In this document: positions 42,414 through 52,462 of the stretch, piece by piece
Layout: the number at the start of each line of letters is the position of its first letter
Position numbering within the stretch: the first letter of the stretch is position 1
NCBI GenBank assembly: GCA_009840215.1
Contig: VXOC01000310.1
Span: forward strand, 26,831-90,830
Direction: 5' to 3'
Length of the DNA stretch: 64,000 nt
From: Gemmatimonadota bacterium
GTDB taxonomy: Bacteria; Gemmatimonadota; Gemmatimonadetes; Longimicrobiales; Gaopeijiaceae
The notes under the pieces: model-generated
What the model was told of the DNA's origin: nothing
What the model saw: only the letters and a program-made list of their open reading frames with translations
Databases searched by the model: none
Program-made: the position numbers and the translations under genes

Positions 42414-42800
42414 TTACGCGACGCGCGCCACGACCTCGATTTCGACATCCACGCCCTGCGGCAATCCCCCTGCGGCCACCGTCGCACGCGCCGGGCGGTG
42501 GTCGCCGAAGTGCCGGGCATAGACCGCGTTCATGTCGGCGAAGTACGACATGTCGGAGAGGTACACGGTGGTCTTCACGACCGTCCGCAGGCTTCCCCCC
42601 GCCGCCGCCAGCACCGCCGCGAGGTTCCTGAGCACCTGTTCGCTCTGGGCCGCCACGCCGCCCTCGACCAGGGACCCGGTCGCCGGGTCGATGGCGATCT
42701 GACCCGAGGCGAAGATCCAGCCGTCGGTCACGATCGCCTGTGAGTAGGGACCGAGGGCACCGGGGGCATTGTCCGTATGAATGGCGGCGATATCGGCCAT
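42414..42800 (-). CDS. ridA: RidA/YjgF-family reactive-intermediate deaminase
   Basis: ..APGALGPYSQAI.., ..ASGQIAIDP.. and ..PARATVAAGGLPQGVDVEIEV.. 128 aa. Confidence 0.9.
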   Translation of the reverse strand: MADIAAIHTDNAPGALGPYSQAIVTDGWIFASGQIAIDPATGSLVEGGVAAQSEQVLRNLAAVLAAAGGSLRTVVKTTVYLSDMSYFADMNAVYARHFGDHRPARATVAAGGLPQGVDVEIEVVARVA

Positions 42801-42917
42801 CTTGTTTCAAGTCTCCATTTTTCGAGGCTCCGTTTGCGCGGACAACTCTCGCGTGATCGGGACACGCAAGTCAAGCGGGAGAGGGAGATCCGGCCCGGCG
42901 CGGCGCGCGTTCGGCAT

Positions 42918-43889
42918 TCACGGACCCGGGAGCGCCTCCGCGATCTCATCCGGGGCCACCGTGGCCACCCCGACACGCGCCACACCCAGCGCGGCGGCGA
43001 GGGCGGCGAGTCTCACCGCTTCCGGAAGGCGCGCACCGGCGGAGATTCCCGCCGTCACCAGCGCACACACGGTGTCTCCCGCACCGGAGACATCGTAGAC
43101 GGCGCGAGCGTGGGCGCGAATCCGCTCCGTCGCCCTGCCCGGTGATGCGATGGCCATCCCCGCCGCCCCCAGGGTGAGCAGGAGGTGCTCACACCCCAGC
43201 CGCTTCCTGGCGGCATCCATCCAGGCTGCATCGTCCGGGCGCGCGGCCTCGCCGAAGGCGTCCTCGAGTTCGCTCCGGTTCGGCTTGAACACGGTGGCGC
43301 CGCCGTAGCGGAAGAAGCCGCGGCGCTTCGGATCCACGATCACGGGGATGGCGTTCGCCCCCGCGGCGTCCAGAGCCGTCCGGACCACGCCGGGCGTCAT
43401 CGTCCCCTTGTCGTAGTCGGCCACCACCAGAGCGGTGGCTCCGCCCAGCCGTGCGGATACGCGGGACGTCACTCTTTCGGCAGTGTCCCGCGACACGTCG
43501 TCACACTCCTCTCGGTCCACGCGGACGACCTGCTGACCCCGCGCCAGGACCCGGGTCTTGACGGCCGTGGGTCTGCTTTCGTCGCGCACGAAGTGGCAAC
43601 CGGCGCCCATCTCCTCCAGGGCGGCTCCGACCCGCCGGCCCGAATCGTCATGGCCCACCACTCCGATCACGTCGCAGCGAGCTCCGAGGGCGCGCAGGTT
43701 GGCCGCGACGTTCCCGGCACCGCCCACCGCATCCCACTCATCCTCCACCCGCACGACCGGAACCGGAGCCTCCGGGGAGATGCGCTCCGCCGGGCCCGCC
43801 AGGTAGCGGTCCAGCATCAGGTCGCCGAGCACCACAATCCGGCACCTCGGGAAGCGGGCGCGCAGTTCGGTGAAACGCGCCCTGTCCAT
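42918..43889 (-). CDS. hldA: D-glycero-beta-D-manno-heptose-7-phosphate kinase (RfaE domain I, PfkB family)
   Basis: ..RIVVLGDLMLDRY.. and the PfkB motif ..DVSGAGDTVCA.. 323 aa. Confidence 0.85.
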   Translation of the reverse strand: MDRARFTELRARFPRCRIVVLGDLMLDRYLAGPAERISPEAPVPVVRVEDEWDAVGGAGNVAANLRALGARCDVIGVVGHDDSGRRVGAALEEMGAGCHFVRDESRPTAVKTRVLARGQQVVRVDREECDDVSRDTAERVTSRVSARLGGATALVVADYDKGTMTPGVVRTALDAAGANAIPVIVDPKRRGFFRYGGATVFKPNRSELEDAFGEAARPDDAAWMDAARKRLGCEHLLLTLGAAGMAIASPGRATERIRAHARAVYDVSGAGDTVCALVTAGISAGARLPEAVRLAALAAALGVARVGVATVAPDEIAEALPGP

Positions 43890-43948
43890 CTACGCGGACA
43901 CCCTGCGGAAAGGGGCGAAGCCCGCCGGCGTCACCGCCGCAAGCCCCC

Positions 43949-45211
43949 TCAAGGTGCTCCCCACCCGTCAAGTTCGAAGACGGCGACCCGGACGCCTCCC
44001 CCGTCCCCCGGATCGGTCCAGGCCAGCAACAGGCTCCCTTCGCCCAGGGGAGCGATTCCGGGGAACCCCGAGGCCCGGGCGCTTTCCGTCGTCGCCAGCC
44101 GGCGCGGTTCCCCCTTGGTTCCGTCCGGAGCCACGCGCCGGCTCATGATCGACGCAGCTGTGCCCGCACCTTCCTCTTCCAGCCAGGTGACCAGCGCCGA
44201 GCCGTCGCCGAGGAGGATCACGCCGGTACGGCCCAGCGGGCGGCCCAGGTCCAGCCGCGCGGGGGGTCCGAAGGTGGCGGCCGTGTCCGCCGAGAACGCC
44301 ACATTCACCTGTGCCTCCCCCTCCGGCGCGGTGAACCAGGCGACCGCAACCCTCTCGTCCAGCGCGGCCATGGCGGGTCCGTTGACGGGACACCCCCCGA
44401 TTACCCAGCCGTCTTCGTGGACGGGGGCGCTCTCGGTCCAGCCGTCCCCGAGGCGTCGCGTCACGTGGATGTCGCGCACCTCTCCCTCGGCCCTGTCGCG
44501 GAAGGCCACCACGGGGATCCCGGCCGCGACCACTGCGCTGGTCTGGCAACATTCGCAGACGCGGCCGTCCAGGACCGTCTCGGGGCCCGCGGCGACCGGC
44601 CCCATCGTTGTGCCGCCAGGCAGGCTGCGCGCCCGCAACGACATCGGACCGGAGGGATCTACCATCGCGCGGCCGTCCAGCCAGGCGGCCCACACCGCGT
44701 TCCCGGCGGCGAAAACGGAGACGAATCCGTGCTCGGTGGGAGTGCCGTCCTCGTGCGGCGTCCAGGGTGCGGACCACGTCGCACCGCCATCCTCCGACCA
44801 GGAGAGGCGCACGCCGTAGTCGTAGGTTCCCTGCCCTCCCCGCCACAGCCAGTGGGCCACCAAACGGTCGCCGGCCGCCCGGATCGAAGGGAAGTCGGCC
44901 CAGTTGACGAAAAACCCGTCCCCCTCGGCAATCGTTACGGGATCGGTCCACGACCCGTCGAAACGGGCAGCCGCGAGTCGGTGTCCCCCCGGAACCGGCT
45001 CCAGCCAGCTCATCCACACGCCCGTTCCGTCGGAGGCCAGAAAGGGCTGCCCGCTTCCGGCGGCGGCCGGGGCGGAGGGCGTACACGCCGAGGACGCCAG
45101 GAGGCAACCGCATTGTGCGAGGGCTGCCAGGATCCACGGAGACGTCCGGCGCACCCTGGCGGGTCCGGTGCGGCGATTCCGTGGCTGTTTCGGTAACGCT
45201 GGTGTGGTCAT
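43949..45211 (-). CDS. exported BNR/sialidase-fold protein
   Basis: Internal ATG gives MTTPALPKQ... with the signal/lipobox region LLASSAC. An Asp-box SWSEDGGATWS and repeated ..W..W.. beta-propeller pattern are present. Confidence 0.7.
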   Translation of the reverse strand: MTTPALPKQPRNRRTGPARVRRTSPWILAALAQCGCLLASSACTPSAPAAAGSGQPFLASDGTGVWMSWLEPVPGGHRLAAARFDGSWTDPVTIAEGDGFFVNWADFPSIRAAGDRLVAHWLWRGGQGTYDYGVRLSWSEDGGATWSAPWTPHEDGTPTEHGFVSVFAAGNAVWAAWLDGRAMVDPSGPMSLRARSLPGGTTMGPVAAGPETVLDGRVCECCQTSAVVAAGIPVVAFRDRAEGEVRDIHVTRRLGDGWTESAPVHEDGWVIGGCPVNGPAMAALDERVAVAWFTAPEGEAQVNVAFSADTAATFGPPARLDLGRPLGRTGVILLGDGSALVTWLEEEGAGTAASIMSRRVAPDGTKGEPRRLATTESARASGFPGIAPLGEGSLLLAWTDPGDGGGVRVAVFELDGWGAP

Positions 45212-45438
45212 CGGTGTCCTAATGGTGTATTGTCGATGTGGCGGCGTGCCCATTCGGTCCGCCGCAGGTACGGTGGTTCCGGCGATGGGCCTCCGGGTCC
45301 GGCCGGTGCCAGGGACCTCCCACGCAAGGGCAGTGTATATGAGTGGCAGATGGATCAGGAGCCCGCGATACGCGCCGCGAACACCGGTGACCCGCTATCG
45401 AGGCCTCCGGATCCGAAACTCGTGAACAAAGGGTAGCC

Positions 45439-48400
45439 ATGGCGTCAATGAAACGCACCACCGCATACAGGATCGCCCGGACCGTCTTCGGGCTGGGAAC
45501 GCTCGCCCTGATCCTCTCCGCCCCTCTGCCGGCCTCCGCCCAGTACTTCGGGCGCAACAAGGTCCAGTACGAGAACCGCGACTTCTGGGAACTCCCGACG
45601 CTGAACTGGACCGTGTACTTCTACGCCGAGGAGTCGGAGGCGATCGAGGACATCGCGCGGATGGCGGAGAGGTGGTACGAACGTTTCTCCCGGGTCTTCC
45701 AGCACGAGTTCGAGCGCAGAAAGCCCCTCATCATCTACGCCGATCACCCGGACTTCCAGCAGACCAACACGATTACGGGGGCGATCGGCCAGGGCGTGGG
45801 CGGCGTTACCGAATCGATGAAGGACAGGGTCATCATGCCCTTGGCGCCCGCCTACCGCGAAACGGACAGGATCCTGGGGCACGAGCTGGTGCACGCCTTC
45901 CAGTTCAACATCGCCAAGAGTGCGAGCAGCGGCGGCGCCATGCGGCTGTTCCAGATGCCACTGTGGGTGGTCGAAGGCATGGCGGAATACCTGTCCATGG
46001 GGCGCGACCACCCCCACACCGCCATGTGGCTCCGCGATCACATCCTGAGAGACGAGAAGCCGACGCTGAAGGAGATCACCCGCAATCCGAAGTACTTCGC
46101 GTACCGTTTCGGGCAGGGCTTCATATCGTACCTGGGCGGCACCTACGGCGACGACGCCGTTCAGGACTTCTTCCGCAGTGCGTTGCGGATGGGATGGGAG
46201 GGGGCGATCGAGTACGAATTCCGCATGCGCGAAGACAGCATTTCGATGCAGTGGTGGGACGCGGTCGAGACCGCCTACCGTCCACTCATGGCGGGCAAGA
46301 CCGATCCGTACGAGACCGGCGACGTGCTGCTGTGCGTGGAGTGCGGTGCGGGCCGCACAAACGTGGCCCCGTCGCTGAGTCCTGACGGACGCTACATCGT
46401 CTTCCAGTCGGAGAAGGACCTTTTCTCCATGGATCTCTACCTGGCGGATGTGGGAACGGGCGAGATCCTTCGTGCGCTGCGGCGGAACCAGACGGCATAC
46501 ATCGACGGCATTCGCTTCATCGACAGCAGCGGCTCCTGGTCCCCCGACAGCCGCAAGCTGGCATTCATCATCACCGCCAACGGCGACAACCAGCTGGGCA
46601 TCGTGGATGTGCAGAGCGGCCGCCTCGAGGACCGGATCGAGATCGAGGGACTGGGGGCGCTGCAGAATCCGGCGTGGTCGCCGGACGGGACCAAGATCGC
46701 GCTCACCGGGCTGAAGGGGGGGATCAGCGATCTCTATCTCTACGACCTGGAGACCGGCGATGTCCGGCAGCTTACCAACGACAAGCACGCCGACCTGCAG
46801 GCCTCCTGGTCGCCCGACGGAAGCAAGCTGGTCTTCGTTTCGGATCGAGGTCCGGGTACGAACTTCGACGAACTCACCTTCGGCGAGTACATCCTTTCCT
46901 TCCTGGACCTGGAAACGCTTGCCGTCAACTCCATGACGGTCTTCGCCGGTTCCAAGCACATTAATCCGATCTTCGACCATACGGGCGAGGGCTTGTACTT
47001 CGTCTCCGATCCCGACGGCTTCCCGGACGTCTACCACATGCGGCTGGCCGACGGCGAAATGCGCCGGATCACCCGCGCCGCAACCGGGGTCAGCGGGATC
47101 ACCGCCAGTTCGCCGGCGTTCTCCTATGCGCCCGGGGCGGACCTCCTGGCCTTCTCGGTGTTCCATGAGCGGGGTTACATCGTCAATACCGCGTACGCGC
47201 GCGACATGGCCACGCTGGTCGATGTGGTCGCGGACGGGAGCACCCATCCCGGGCGTCTGCTTCCTCCCGGCCGGCCCTCGGGCCGGAGCCGGGTGGCGGG
47301 GTACCTCGACGACCAGTTCACGGGGCTCGTCGCGGACGACGTGTACACCACCGACCAGGCCGAACCCTACGATCCGTCGCTGCAGCTCGACTTCATCGGT
47401 CAGCCGTCGGTCGGACCGAGCCCTGATCCCTACGGCACCTACGGGGTCGGCGGCGGCACGTACGCCACCTTCAGCGACATGCTCGGCGACCGGTCTCTGG
47501 GGGTGGCACTGAGTGTAAACGGGGGAGTAAGGGACATCGGTGCGCAGGCTTTCTACCTGAACCAGAAGAAGCGCTGGAACTGGGGTCTGGGGGCGCAGCA
47601 CATGCCCTATCTCATGATGGCGGTCGGTTTCGACCCGAATTCGTTTGCGTATGTCGTCCGTAAGTTCCGCATCACGGTCGACGGATTGAACGGGCTGGTG
47701 GCGTATCCCCTCTCGGGGACCAGGCGGCTCGAGCTGACCGGCGGACTGACGCGATACTCGTACCACCTCGAGGAAGAGAGGCTGAGAGTCAACAGGTACG
47801 GGCAGGTCTGGGACGTGCAACGAAGGGAGATCCCCACCTATGATCCCGTAAACCTGGCCTCGGCGGGGCTCGCCTTCGTCGGGGACAACTCCTACGTCGG
47901 GTTTACGAGCCCCGTACGCGGAGAGCGGTTCAGACTCGGCATCGAGACCACCAACGGCACGATGAACTACCGGACGATGACCGCCGACTATCGCCGCTAC
48001 TTCAACAACGGAGGTCCGTTCACCCTCGCGGTGCGGGGACTCCACCTCGGGCGCTACGGCGATACGGGCGGTCTGTACGGGCGCGGCTTCTATCCGTTCT
48101 TCCTGGGCAACGAGTACTTCATGCGCGGATATGCATACCGCTCCTTCGACATTCCCTACGACTGCACGCCCAGCGACAACTCCCCCTGTCCGGAATGGGA
48201 CCGGCTCTTCGGGCATCGGGTCGGTGTGGTGAACGCGGAGTTCCGCCTCCCCATCACGGGGATCGAGGAATTCGGCCTGTTCGATTTCCCGTACCTGCCC
48301 ACCGAACTCACCTTTTTCGCCGATATGGGCGTTTCATGGGACAGCCAGTTCCCCGCAACCTGGAAGTGGTCACGTACCGATCCGCGCCGGATACCGGTGG

Positions 48401-48528
48401 CGAGCACCGGAGCCTCTCTGCGCATCAACATTCTGGGAGCGCTGATCTTTGAAATGTACTATGCCTATCCCTGGCAACGTCCCGGGAAGGGATGGGTCCG
48501 AGGGTTCAGCCTGATGCCGGGCTGGTAG
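45439..48528 (+). CDS. large outer-membrane protein: HExxH metallopeptidase-like N-domain, PD40/TolB-type beta-propeller repeats, C-terminal Omp85-like beta-barrel
   Basis: Signal peptide ..LSAPLPASAQ. Zinc motif ILGHELVHAF. PD40 repeats SPDGRYIVF, SPDSRKLAF, SPDGTKIAL and SPDGSKLVF. The C-terminal barrel ends ..RGFSLMPGW. Confidence 0.8.
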   Translation: MASMKRTTAYRIARTVFGLGTLALILSAPLPASAQYFGRNKVQYENRDFWELPTLNWTVYFYAEESEAIEDIARMAERWYERFSRVFQHEFERRKPLIIYADHPDFQQTNTITGAIGQGVGGVTESMKDRVIMPLAPAYRETDRILGHELVHAFQFNIAKSASSGGAMRLFQMPLWVVEGMAEYLSMGRDHPHTAMWLRDHILRDEKPTLKEITRNPKYFAYRFGQGFISYLGGTYGDDAVQDFFRSALRMGWEGAIEYEFRMREDSISMQWWDAVETAYRPLMAGKTDPYETGDVLLCVECGAGRTNVAPSLSPDGRYIVFQSEKDLFSMDLYLADVGTGEILRALRRNQTAYIDGIRFIDSSGSWSPDSRKLAFIITANGDNQLGIVDVQSGRLEDRIEIEGLGALQNPAWSPDGTKIALTGLKGGISDLYLYDLETGDVRQLTNDKHADLQASWSPDGSKLVFVSDRGPGTNFDELTFGEYILSFLDLETLAVNSMTVFAGSKHINPIFDHTGEGLYFVSDPDGFPDVYHMRLADGEMRRITRAATGVSGITASSPAFSYAPGADLLAFSVFHERGYIVNTAYARDMATLVDVVADGSTHPGRLLPPGRPSGRSRVAGYLDDQFTGLVADDVYTTDQAEPYDPSLQLDFIGQPSVGPSPDPYGTYGVGGGTYATFSDMLGDRSLGVALSVNGGVRDIGAQAFYLNQKKRWNWGLGAQHMPYLMMAVGFDPNSFAYVVRKFRITVDGLNGLVAYPLSGTRRLELTGGLTRYSYHLEEERLRVNRYGQVWDVQRREIPTYDPVNLASAGLAFVGDNSYVGFTSPVRGERFRLGIETTNGTMNYRTMTADYRRYFNNGGPFTLAVRGLHLGRYGDTGGLYGRGFYPFFLGNEYFMRGYAYRSFDIPYDCTPSDNSPCPEWDRLFGHRVGVVNAEFRLPITGIEEFGLFDFPYLPTELTFFADMGVSWDSQFPATWKWSRTDPRRIPVASTGASLRINILGALIFEMYYAYPWQRPGKGWVRGFSLMPGW

Positions 48529-48594
48529 GGACCCGGACCAGCAGCCGGTGGACAGAATCCCCCCCGGCATTCGAGCGGCTTTATCCACGGACTG

Positions 48595-49539
48595 CTAGAA
48601 GATCTCGATCTTCAGGTATCGCCCGGGGTTGGCCTTCACGTCGGCCAGCAGATCGTTGAGGGTCGCGGTCGTCGCTTCCAGCTGCTCGTAGAGCGACTCG
48701 TCGGTAAGGAGCCTGCCCAGCGTGCCCTCGCCGCGCTCCATGCGGCCCAGAATCGCGTTGAGCGAGGCGACCGTCTTTTCGGCCTCGCTGGAGGTGCGGT
48801 CGAGGATGGTGAGTGCGGCGTCGGCCGATGCGAGCGTCCGCTTCCACTCCTCGGCCGCCGTGATGCCCTCGACGTTCTCGGCGGACCGTTGCAGACTCGC
48901 CATGAAGGTGCGGACCTGCGTGGCCTGACCCGCCGTGAGTTCGGAAAGATCGCTGACGGCATCGCGCAGGTGGGTCACCACCTCGCCCGCGGCCGCCACG
49001 GAGGAATCGTTGAGCAGCGTGCGGACCCTTCCCAGGATGTGCTCGGCATCGACCGCGAGACCTCCGGCCGACGCGAGCAGATCCGGGGACGTCTCGCCGG
49101 GTATCAATCCCATCGGCTCGATGAATCCCTCGCCCTGCCCCGGCACGACCGAGACGATCATGCCCCCCAGCACTCCCTCGGAGTACATCTCGATACGTGA
49201 GCCGGCCGGGATTCGCCAATCGCCCTCGATCTCCAGGGTGATCAGGACACCATCCCCGTCGAGTTGCGCACTCTGCACGCTGCCGATGTTGATCCCCTTG
49301 ATGCGTACCGGATCGCCGTTGCGCACGCCCTGCGCATCGTCCACCCGCGTCAGGACATTGTAGCGGCCCCGGAAAGTTCCGGGATCGGTCATCAGGAAGA
49401 GGAAGGTGAAGAACCCCGCGATCCCGAGAATCACGAAGAGCCCCACCCGGAACTCCCGCAGCTTCGCGGTGGGCGGGACGGCGCGCAGGATTTCCTCGTC
49501 CGACAGCCGCCTTCGCCTGGACTGCTCGCTGTTGCTCAT
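48595..49539 (-). CDS. mlaD: MlaD/MCE-domain protein
   Basis: N-terminal TM followed by an MCE domain (..VLTRVDDAQGVRNGDPVRIKGINIGSV..) and a helical C-terminus. Confidence 0.85.
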   Translation of the reverse strand: MSNSEQSRRRRLSDEEILRAVPPTAKLREFRVGLFVILGIAGFFTFLFLMTDPGTFRGRYNVLTRVDDAQGVRNGDPVRIKGINIGSVQSAQLDGDGVLITLEIEGDWRIPAGSRIEMYSEGVLGGMIVSVVPGQGEGFIEPMGLIPGETSPDLLASAGGLAVDAEHILGRVRTLLNDSSVAAAGEVVTHLRDAVSDLSELTAGQATQVRTFMASLQRSAENVEGITAAEEWKRTLASADAALTILDRTSSEAEKTVASLNAILGRMERGEGTLGRLLTDESLYEQLEATTATLNDLLADVKANPGRYLKIEIF

Positions 49540-50318
49540 GTTATCTCCACGACTTCAAGTGCGGCCTCGGCGGCCGCTCGGTCCACAAATGCCCTCACCA
49601 CCGGGTCGGTGCAGATCCGGAATTCGTCCGGAGTGCCGCAGAACCGGATTCGTCCTCCCTCCAGCATGGCCACCCGGTCGCACATCCATAGCGCGCCCTC
49701 CACGTCGTGGGTGACGAGAATGGAGGTGACCCTCAACTCCCCCGAGAGGCGCTTGATCAATCGCTCGACGGCTGCCGTGTTGACCGGGTCGAGGCCCGTG
49801 GTGGGCTCGTCCCACAGGAGGATGCGGGGACGCCCCACGATCGCGCGGGCGATGCCGACCCGCTTCTTCATGCCGCCCGACAACTCGGACGGGATCAGCG
49901 GCAGGACGTCCTGCGGTTCCAGGTTAACGAGCTCCAGTGCCTCCCACACCGCACGCGCGGCGCGCGCTCTGCCGATCCGGCGAATACGGCTCTCGGGCAG
50001 CCCCATCTCCACGTTGCGGTACACGTTCATCGAGTCGAAGAGCGCCGCGTGCTGAAAGACGTACCCCACCTGCTTGCGAACGTTCTCGACGTTCTTCCGT
50101 CCGCCGAAGTACACGGACCGGCCGTTGACCTCCACGTCTCCCCGGTCGGGAACCACGAGTCCGATCGTCGTCTTGAGCAATACGCTCTTGCCGGTGCCCG
50201 AAGGTCCGAAGAGGGCAAACATCTCGCCTTCGTGAATGTCCAGGTCGACGCCCGACAGCACGGGGTGGCTGAAGGCCTTCCAGGTGTTCCGGTAGCGGAT
50301 GACGGGATCGGAGGTCAT
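49536..50318 (-). CDS. mlaF: ABC transporter ATP-binding protein MlaF-like
   Basis: Walker A GPSGTGKS, signature LSGGMKKRVGIARA, Walker B ILLWDEPTTGLD. Confidence 0.9.
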   Translation of the reverse strand: MTSDPVIRYRNTWKAFSHPVLSGVDLDIHEGEMFALFGPSGTGKSVLLKTTIGLVVPDRGDVEVNGRSVYFGGRKNVENVRKQVGYVFQHAALFDSMNVYRNVEMGLPESRIRRIGRARAARAVWEALELVNLEPQDVLPLIPSELSGGMKKRVGIARAIVGRPRILLWDEPTTGLDPVNTAAVERLIKRLSGELRVTSILVTHDVEGALWMCDRVAMLEGGRIRFCGTPDEFRICTDPVVRAFVDRAAAEAALEVVEIT

Positions 50319-50327
50319 CGGTGCTCC

Positions 50328-51119
50328 CTACCCGAGGAAGAGCGACGGGAACATCGCGTCCAGGATGAACACGGTGAGCGTCTGGAACATGACCGACGCG
50401 GTGGTGGTGCTTCCGACGCCTTCGGCTCCGCCCCTGGTCCGGAGCCCCATGTGAATCGCGATGATCGGAATCGCGAAGCCGAATGCGATCGACTTGAGCA
50501 GCGAGTAGAGCAGATCCCACGAGAACCAGAAGAGGCGGGCACCGAAAAGGAAGGTCTCGAAGGAAAGTCCGAGGGACAGCTGGGCGGCCACCATCCCGGC
50601 GAACAGCCCCACGATGTTCGCGATGCCCACCAGGAGCGGCATGACCACCAGCCCGGCCAGGATGCGGGGCGCACCGAGGATGATCAGCGGGTCTCTCCCG
50701 AGGGAGCGGTAGGCGTCGATCTGTTCGGACACCATCATGGTGCCGAGTTCGGCGGTGATGCGCGCCCCCACCCGGCCCACGAGGACGACGGCCGTCAGAA
50801 CCGGCGCCAGTTCGAGCGCGAGGCTCTTCGCCGTGACGCTGCCCAGCACGTACATCGGCACGGTCGCCGTGATCTGGTAGCCCCCCTGCTGCGAGGTGAC
50901 GATTCCCGACAGGATGGCCGTAATCATTACGATGGGGATGCTCTGCACCCCCATGACGTAGAGTTGATGGACGAAATCCCGGAAGGGGATCCGCATCTGC
51001 AGGGTCGCCTTGGCAGTTGCCCACACCAGCAGGCCCAGTTGTCCGCCGTGCTCCGCCCAAAGTCCCCACCACCGCCCAACCGCCCTCACGGGCCGTTCGT
51101 AGAGCGCGGTTCCCGTCAC
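50328..51119 (-). CDS. mlaE: ABC transporter permease MlaE-like
   Basis: 263 aa and polytopic. ..VQSIPIVMITAILSGIV.. and ..MVSEQIDAYRSLG.. are typical MlaE blocks. Confidence 0.9.
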   Translation of the reverse strand: MTGTALYERPVRAVGRWWGLWAEHGGQLGLLVWATAKATLQMRIPFRDFVHQLYVMGVQSIPIVMITAILSGIVTSQQGGYQITATVPMYVLGSVTAKSLALELAPVLTAVVLVGRVGARITAELGTMMVSEQIDAYRSLGRDPLIILGAPRILAGLVVMPLLVGIANIVGLFAGMVAAQLSLGLSFETFLFGARLFWFSWDLLYSLLKSIAFGFAIPIIAIHMGLRTRGGAEGVGSTTTASVMFQTLTVFILDAMFPSLFLG

Positions 51120-51838
51120 CTTGTCCCGCGGGACGAGGTTCGCCGGCTGCCGCTCCGCAGGTACGGGCCCAGAAGCACGCCCGCCACAAGCGTCTGCTTG
51201 TTCAGGATGCCCTGCCCCAGCTCGTTGCGGATCTCGAAGAACGGAGTGAGAAGCCCGAGCGGATACCGGATCGCCGCGACAAGTTCATATGTCCAGTCAT
51301 CCTCGATCGTGTTCCCGGCCCCCGCACCGGGATCTTCAAACCGCGAGAAGTAGGTACCCAGCCCGAAGTACCCCACGCGGCTGAGGAGGCCGGCCTGTGC
51401 GCCTGTCTTCCAATAGCTGCACCCGGGACAATCGGGTGAGTAACGGTCGTAGATGCCGGTAACGACCAGGTCCTCCCAGAGGAACCCCAGATCGAACTCG
51501 ACGCGGCCGCCATACCCGAAGGTCCCGTCAAGGAGATCGAGCTGGTAGAGCCCATGTCCCCCGACACGCACCTGGGCCGTGGCTGGCGCAGCGGCGATCA
51601 GGGAGACGGCGAACAGCGCCGCGACCGCAGCAAACCGCCGCAGGATCCGGGCCGGATCGACTCCGGTTGTTGCGCCGCGAATTCCCGAAACCCCCTGGAC
51701 AAACCCGCGCCGGGGCGTTCTGCCACGGGCTTCCGCACCCTTCCCCGGGTTGATTTGGCGGTGTCTGCGGCTACAGCTTGTAGCGGGGCGGGTGAATCCT
51801 TCCGGGTCCCCGGCCCGGGCAGTCGCGGCTGAGTGCAT
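51116..51838 (-). CDS. hypothetical exported protein, possibly a small outer-membrane beta-barrel, co-transcribed with mlaEFD
   Basis: Signal peptide ..AAVAALFAVSLIAAAPATAQ followed by Gly/Tyr-rich strands. The 4-nt overlap with mlaE supports coding. The start is uncertain because no ATG/GTG/TTG lies close to the signal peptide. Confidence 0.45.
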   Translation of the reverse strand: MHSAATARAGDPEGFTRPATSCSRRHRQINPGKGAEARGRTPRRGFVQGVSGIRGATTGVDPARILRRFAAVAALFAVSLIAAAPATAQVRVGGHGLYQLDLLDGTFGYGGRVEFDLGFLWEDLVVTGIYDRYSPDCPGCSYWKTGAQAGLLSRVGYFGLGTYFSRFEDPGAGAGNTIEDDWTYELVAAIRYPLGLLTPFFEIRNELGQGILNKQTLVAGVLLGPYLRSGSRRTSSRGTR

Positions 51839-51892
51839 GAAACCACCGGAGGCGAATGTGGTACAAGTCATTGAACAGCCCCTTTCATCGTC

Positions 51893-52462
51893 GTGAGGCA
51901 TATGGAAATGTATCGCAATCGATCAGGTCCCGTCGTCCGCGGCATCCGATCTGCCGCCGCGGCCATCATTTGCGTCGCGGCCACCGGAGCCGTCGGCGAC
52001 CCCGGCACCGTCCACCCCTTCCGTCTTACTGTCGCCGATGCCGATGTGTTCCAGACCGCGATCGAGGCCCGCATCCGCTTTTTCTGGGACGACTTGCAGT
52101 ACGCGGTCATGGAGCACACCTCGGATATGGACTTCGAGCTCGCGGAAACCGAGGAGGTGGACGCCATCATCGAGGCCTACATCAACGAGATGCTGGTGCT
52201 GGAGGCGGGGGAAGTCGTGGTCGAAGGGAAAGTGACCGAGCGGGGCATCGAGGACGCGATCCGAATCGACGAAGTGATGTGGTGGTACCGGCTGGAATAC
52301 ACTCTGCCGCCCGGAACGGAACGCATCGCCATCCGGAACCGGTTGCTCTTCAACCTCTTCGAGGACCAGCGCAACCTCGTCAACCTCAAGACGCGAAGCG
52401 GCAGGGAACGGACCTACTACTTTTCCTGGGACGAGGACAACATCACGGTCCCGGTCGGCTGA
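51893..52462 (+). CDS. DUF6702-like hypothetical protein
   Basis: ..VHPFRLTVADADVFQTAIEARIRFFWDDLQYAV.. resembles the DUF6702 N-terminal pattern. The family call is from memory and the start is uncertain within the first 6 codons. Confidence 0.55.
   Translation: MRHMEMYRNRSGPVVRGIRSAAAAIICVAATGAVGDPGTVHPFRLTVADADVFQTAIEARIRFFWDDLQYAVMEHTSDMDFELAETEEVDAIIEAYINEMLVLEAGEVVVEGKVTERGIEDAIRIDEVMWWYRLEYTLPPGTERIAIRNRLLFNLFEDQRNLVNLKTRSGRERTYYFSWDEDNITVPVG

Noticed and set aside
52417-52462. 46-nt convergent overlap between the DUF6702-like gene (+) and the beta-propeller gene (-).
   Set aside because: It is probably just poorly conserved C-terminal tails (or a slightly mis-set end) in GC-rich DNA where stop codons are rare. 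There is no evidence of a functional antisense arrangement.
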